36,318 bases of DNA, taken from positions 1 through 36,318 of IMG/VR virus record IMGVR_UViG_3300020194_001587; one strand, given 5' to 3'. The DNA comes from a virus. Its lineage: Duplodnaviria > Caudoviricetes. The notes beneath the pieces are model-generated. The model saw only the letters and a program-made list of their open reading frames with translations. It was not told the origin of the DNA and did no database searches. Position numbers and translations under genes: made by a program. Shown here one piece after another: positions 34,804 through 36,318 of this stretch (the stretch's first letter is position 1; each line of letters opens with the position of its first letter).

Positions 34804-36318
34804 ATGCCAATTTATGAATATCAAGGGCAAAAGTTTGACCTCAAAGAAGACTTATCTACTACTGAAGCAAAAGAAAAAATACTTAATTATTTAGAAGAAA
34901 AAAAAGACGAAGATAAAAAACCTAATTTTTTTGTAGGACTTGCTTCTGGTGTTGCTTCTGGTGTTTTAAAAATACCTGAGGGATTTGCTTCTCTCGCTGC
35001 TGAATTAATTGATTTAGGAGCGGATACAAATACAGCCGCTGGTGTTGAAGAGTTTTTTGATAAGTTAAATCCTTTTGAAGAAATAGCAGAGCAAACACTA
35101 ACAGGAAAAATTGCCGAAGGTTTAATTCAATTAGGGGTACCTGGTGTAGCGGGTTATAAATTAGGAGCGGGATTAGCAAGAAGAGCCCTTGGTGCAAAGA
35201 AAACAGGTAAGTATTTAGACAAAGCAACAGGTAAAAAATTAGTTAGAAAAGATATTGATCAAAATACTTTAAAAAGCGATTTAGCTACCAAATTAAAAAT
35301 TGGTGGTGGGGGATTATTTGGTTCCACTGTTGGTGAGGGAATAGCCTACACTGATGATTTTGGAACTATTGGTGATGCTATTGGTGGTCCAACAGAAACA
35401 GATCAAAGAGAAGGATTAGAGGGTAGAGAAGAAGCATTTAGAAAATTTACTAATCGTTTTAAATTTGCTGTAGAGAGTGGTGCCATTGGAGCAGGGTTAG
35501 GAGCAACTATAGCTGGTGTCAGTAAAGCAGTGAAAGCAACTCCTCTCGCAAGACAATTTGATAGAAGTCCTTTACAAAATGTAATTGGTAAAGGGTTAAA
35601 TATGCTAACTCCTAATAGTGTTCTTGGTCAAAGAGCATTTAATATTCTAAAAGATGGAGATCAAATAGCTTCTACTTATGCTTTACAATCACAAATCGTA
35701 AGTGAAACCTTAGCCAAGTCAGCTGAAAAAATTTCAAAACAAGCATTAAAAAATGCAGGATCACAGAAAGACGAAATCTTTACGAAGTTTCAAAAGCTTG
35801 TCAATGATCGACTAACCGACTTCGGTAAATTTAAAAGATCAGATTTTGTTTTTGACCAACAAGGAAACATTGTGCAGAAACAATTACCGGACGCAGCTTA
35901 CTCTGTTCCAAAAGAAATTATTAAAGTAAATTCTAAAGGAAAAGAATTTAGCGTAGCTAACCCTGCCTATAAAAAAAGAGAAGCCCTTCATGATTTTATG
36001 AAGAATACTTTGAAAGCAACAGATGATGATATTTTAGAATTTGAAAATTCCTTATTAGCTTCTCGATATCAATTAGATTTAAACTCTCTTACTTTAGATA
36101 ATCAATTTTTAAAACCTTTAATTAGAGAAGCGAAAGATGTTCTTGGAATTAAAGGATTATCCAAACAAGAAGAAAAGATAGCTAGAGATGTTCTGTCTAG
36201 TGCTACTGAACTAAGTGATACTTTCACCAGTCAGCTTGGTAAGTATATGAACAGAGAGTACAAGATATTTAAAAAAGAAAAAAATGTATTTAAAAAGATA
36301 TTTTCTGGTGATGATTTT
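34804..36318 (+). CDS. large internal virion/ejection protein (partial, runs off the window)
   Basis: AGGAGG RBS, ATG at 34804 (MPIYEYQGQKFDL...GVASGVLKIPEG); no stop seen before the window end. Confidence 0.75.
   Translation, partial: MPIYEYQGQKFDLKEDLSTTEAKEKILNYLEEKKDEDKKPNFFVGLASGVASGVLKIPEGFASLAAELIDLGADTNTAAGVEEFFDKLNPFEEIAEQTLTGKIAEGLIQLGVPGVAGYKLGAGLARRALGAKKTGKYLDKATGKKLVRKDIDQNTLKSDLATKLKIGGGGLFGSTVGEGIAYTDDFGTIGDAIGGPTETDQREGLEGREEAFRKFTNRFKFAVESGAIGAGLGATIAGVSKAVKATPLARQFDRSPLQNVIGKGLNMLTPNSVLGQRAFNILKDGDQIASTYALQSQIVSETLAKSAEKISKQALKNAGSQKDEIFTKFQKLVNDRLTDFGKFKRSDFVFDQQGNIVQKQLPDAAYSVPKEIIKVNSKGKEFSVANPAYKKREALHDFMKNTLKATDDDILEFENSLLASRYQLDLNSLTLDNQFLKPLIREAKDVLGIKGLSKQEEKIARDVLSSATELSDTFTSQLGKYMNREYKIFKKEKNVFKKIFSGDDF

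Noticed and set aside
1192-35227. Numerous minus-strand and alternate-frame ORFs in the track (e.g. 2543..2863, 12451..12831, 21612..22121, 21695..22042, 34922..35227)
   Set aside because: They overlap well-supported + strand genes, and their compositions are shadows of acidic or Gly-rich codon runs.
1-36318. Alternative genetic code or stop-codon readthrough
   Set aside because: Core genes are intact at expected lengths under the standard code, and the short genes have their own RBS and starts.

Overview
A 36.3-kb, AT-rich, gene-dense segment of a tailed dsDNA phage. All credible genes are on the + strand and most are translationally coupled. It covers the morphogenesis arm of a podovirus-like phage of the kind common in marine viromes (the host group is inference). 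In order: a class II glutamine amidotransferase, a structured intergenic region, large terminase, portal, small basic proteins, 3-TM holin, GroES, scaffold, major capsid protein, a terminator followed by a probable pseudoknotted ncRNA, exported/membrane proteins and micro-ORFs, head-tail adaptors, an ~8-kb array of short modular fibre/adhesin genes with chaperone-like ORFs, a glycosyltransferase-like gene, tail nozzle and DNA-ejection proteins (the last one truncated). No tRNA, CRISPR array, integrase, transposase, reverse transcriptase or tape-measure gene was recognised. The most notable signals are (1) a combinatorial stem-plus-tip adhesin array with conserved DNA junctions, (2) a recurrent [AKR]-x-G-G motif shared by small basic proteins and ejection proteins, (3) a doubly pseudoknotted RNA after the capsid gene, and (4) unannotated micro-ORFs, including a metallothionein-like peptide and a mimic of the capsid N-terminus. 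All family calls come from motif recognition by eye; no searches were run.
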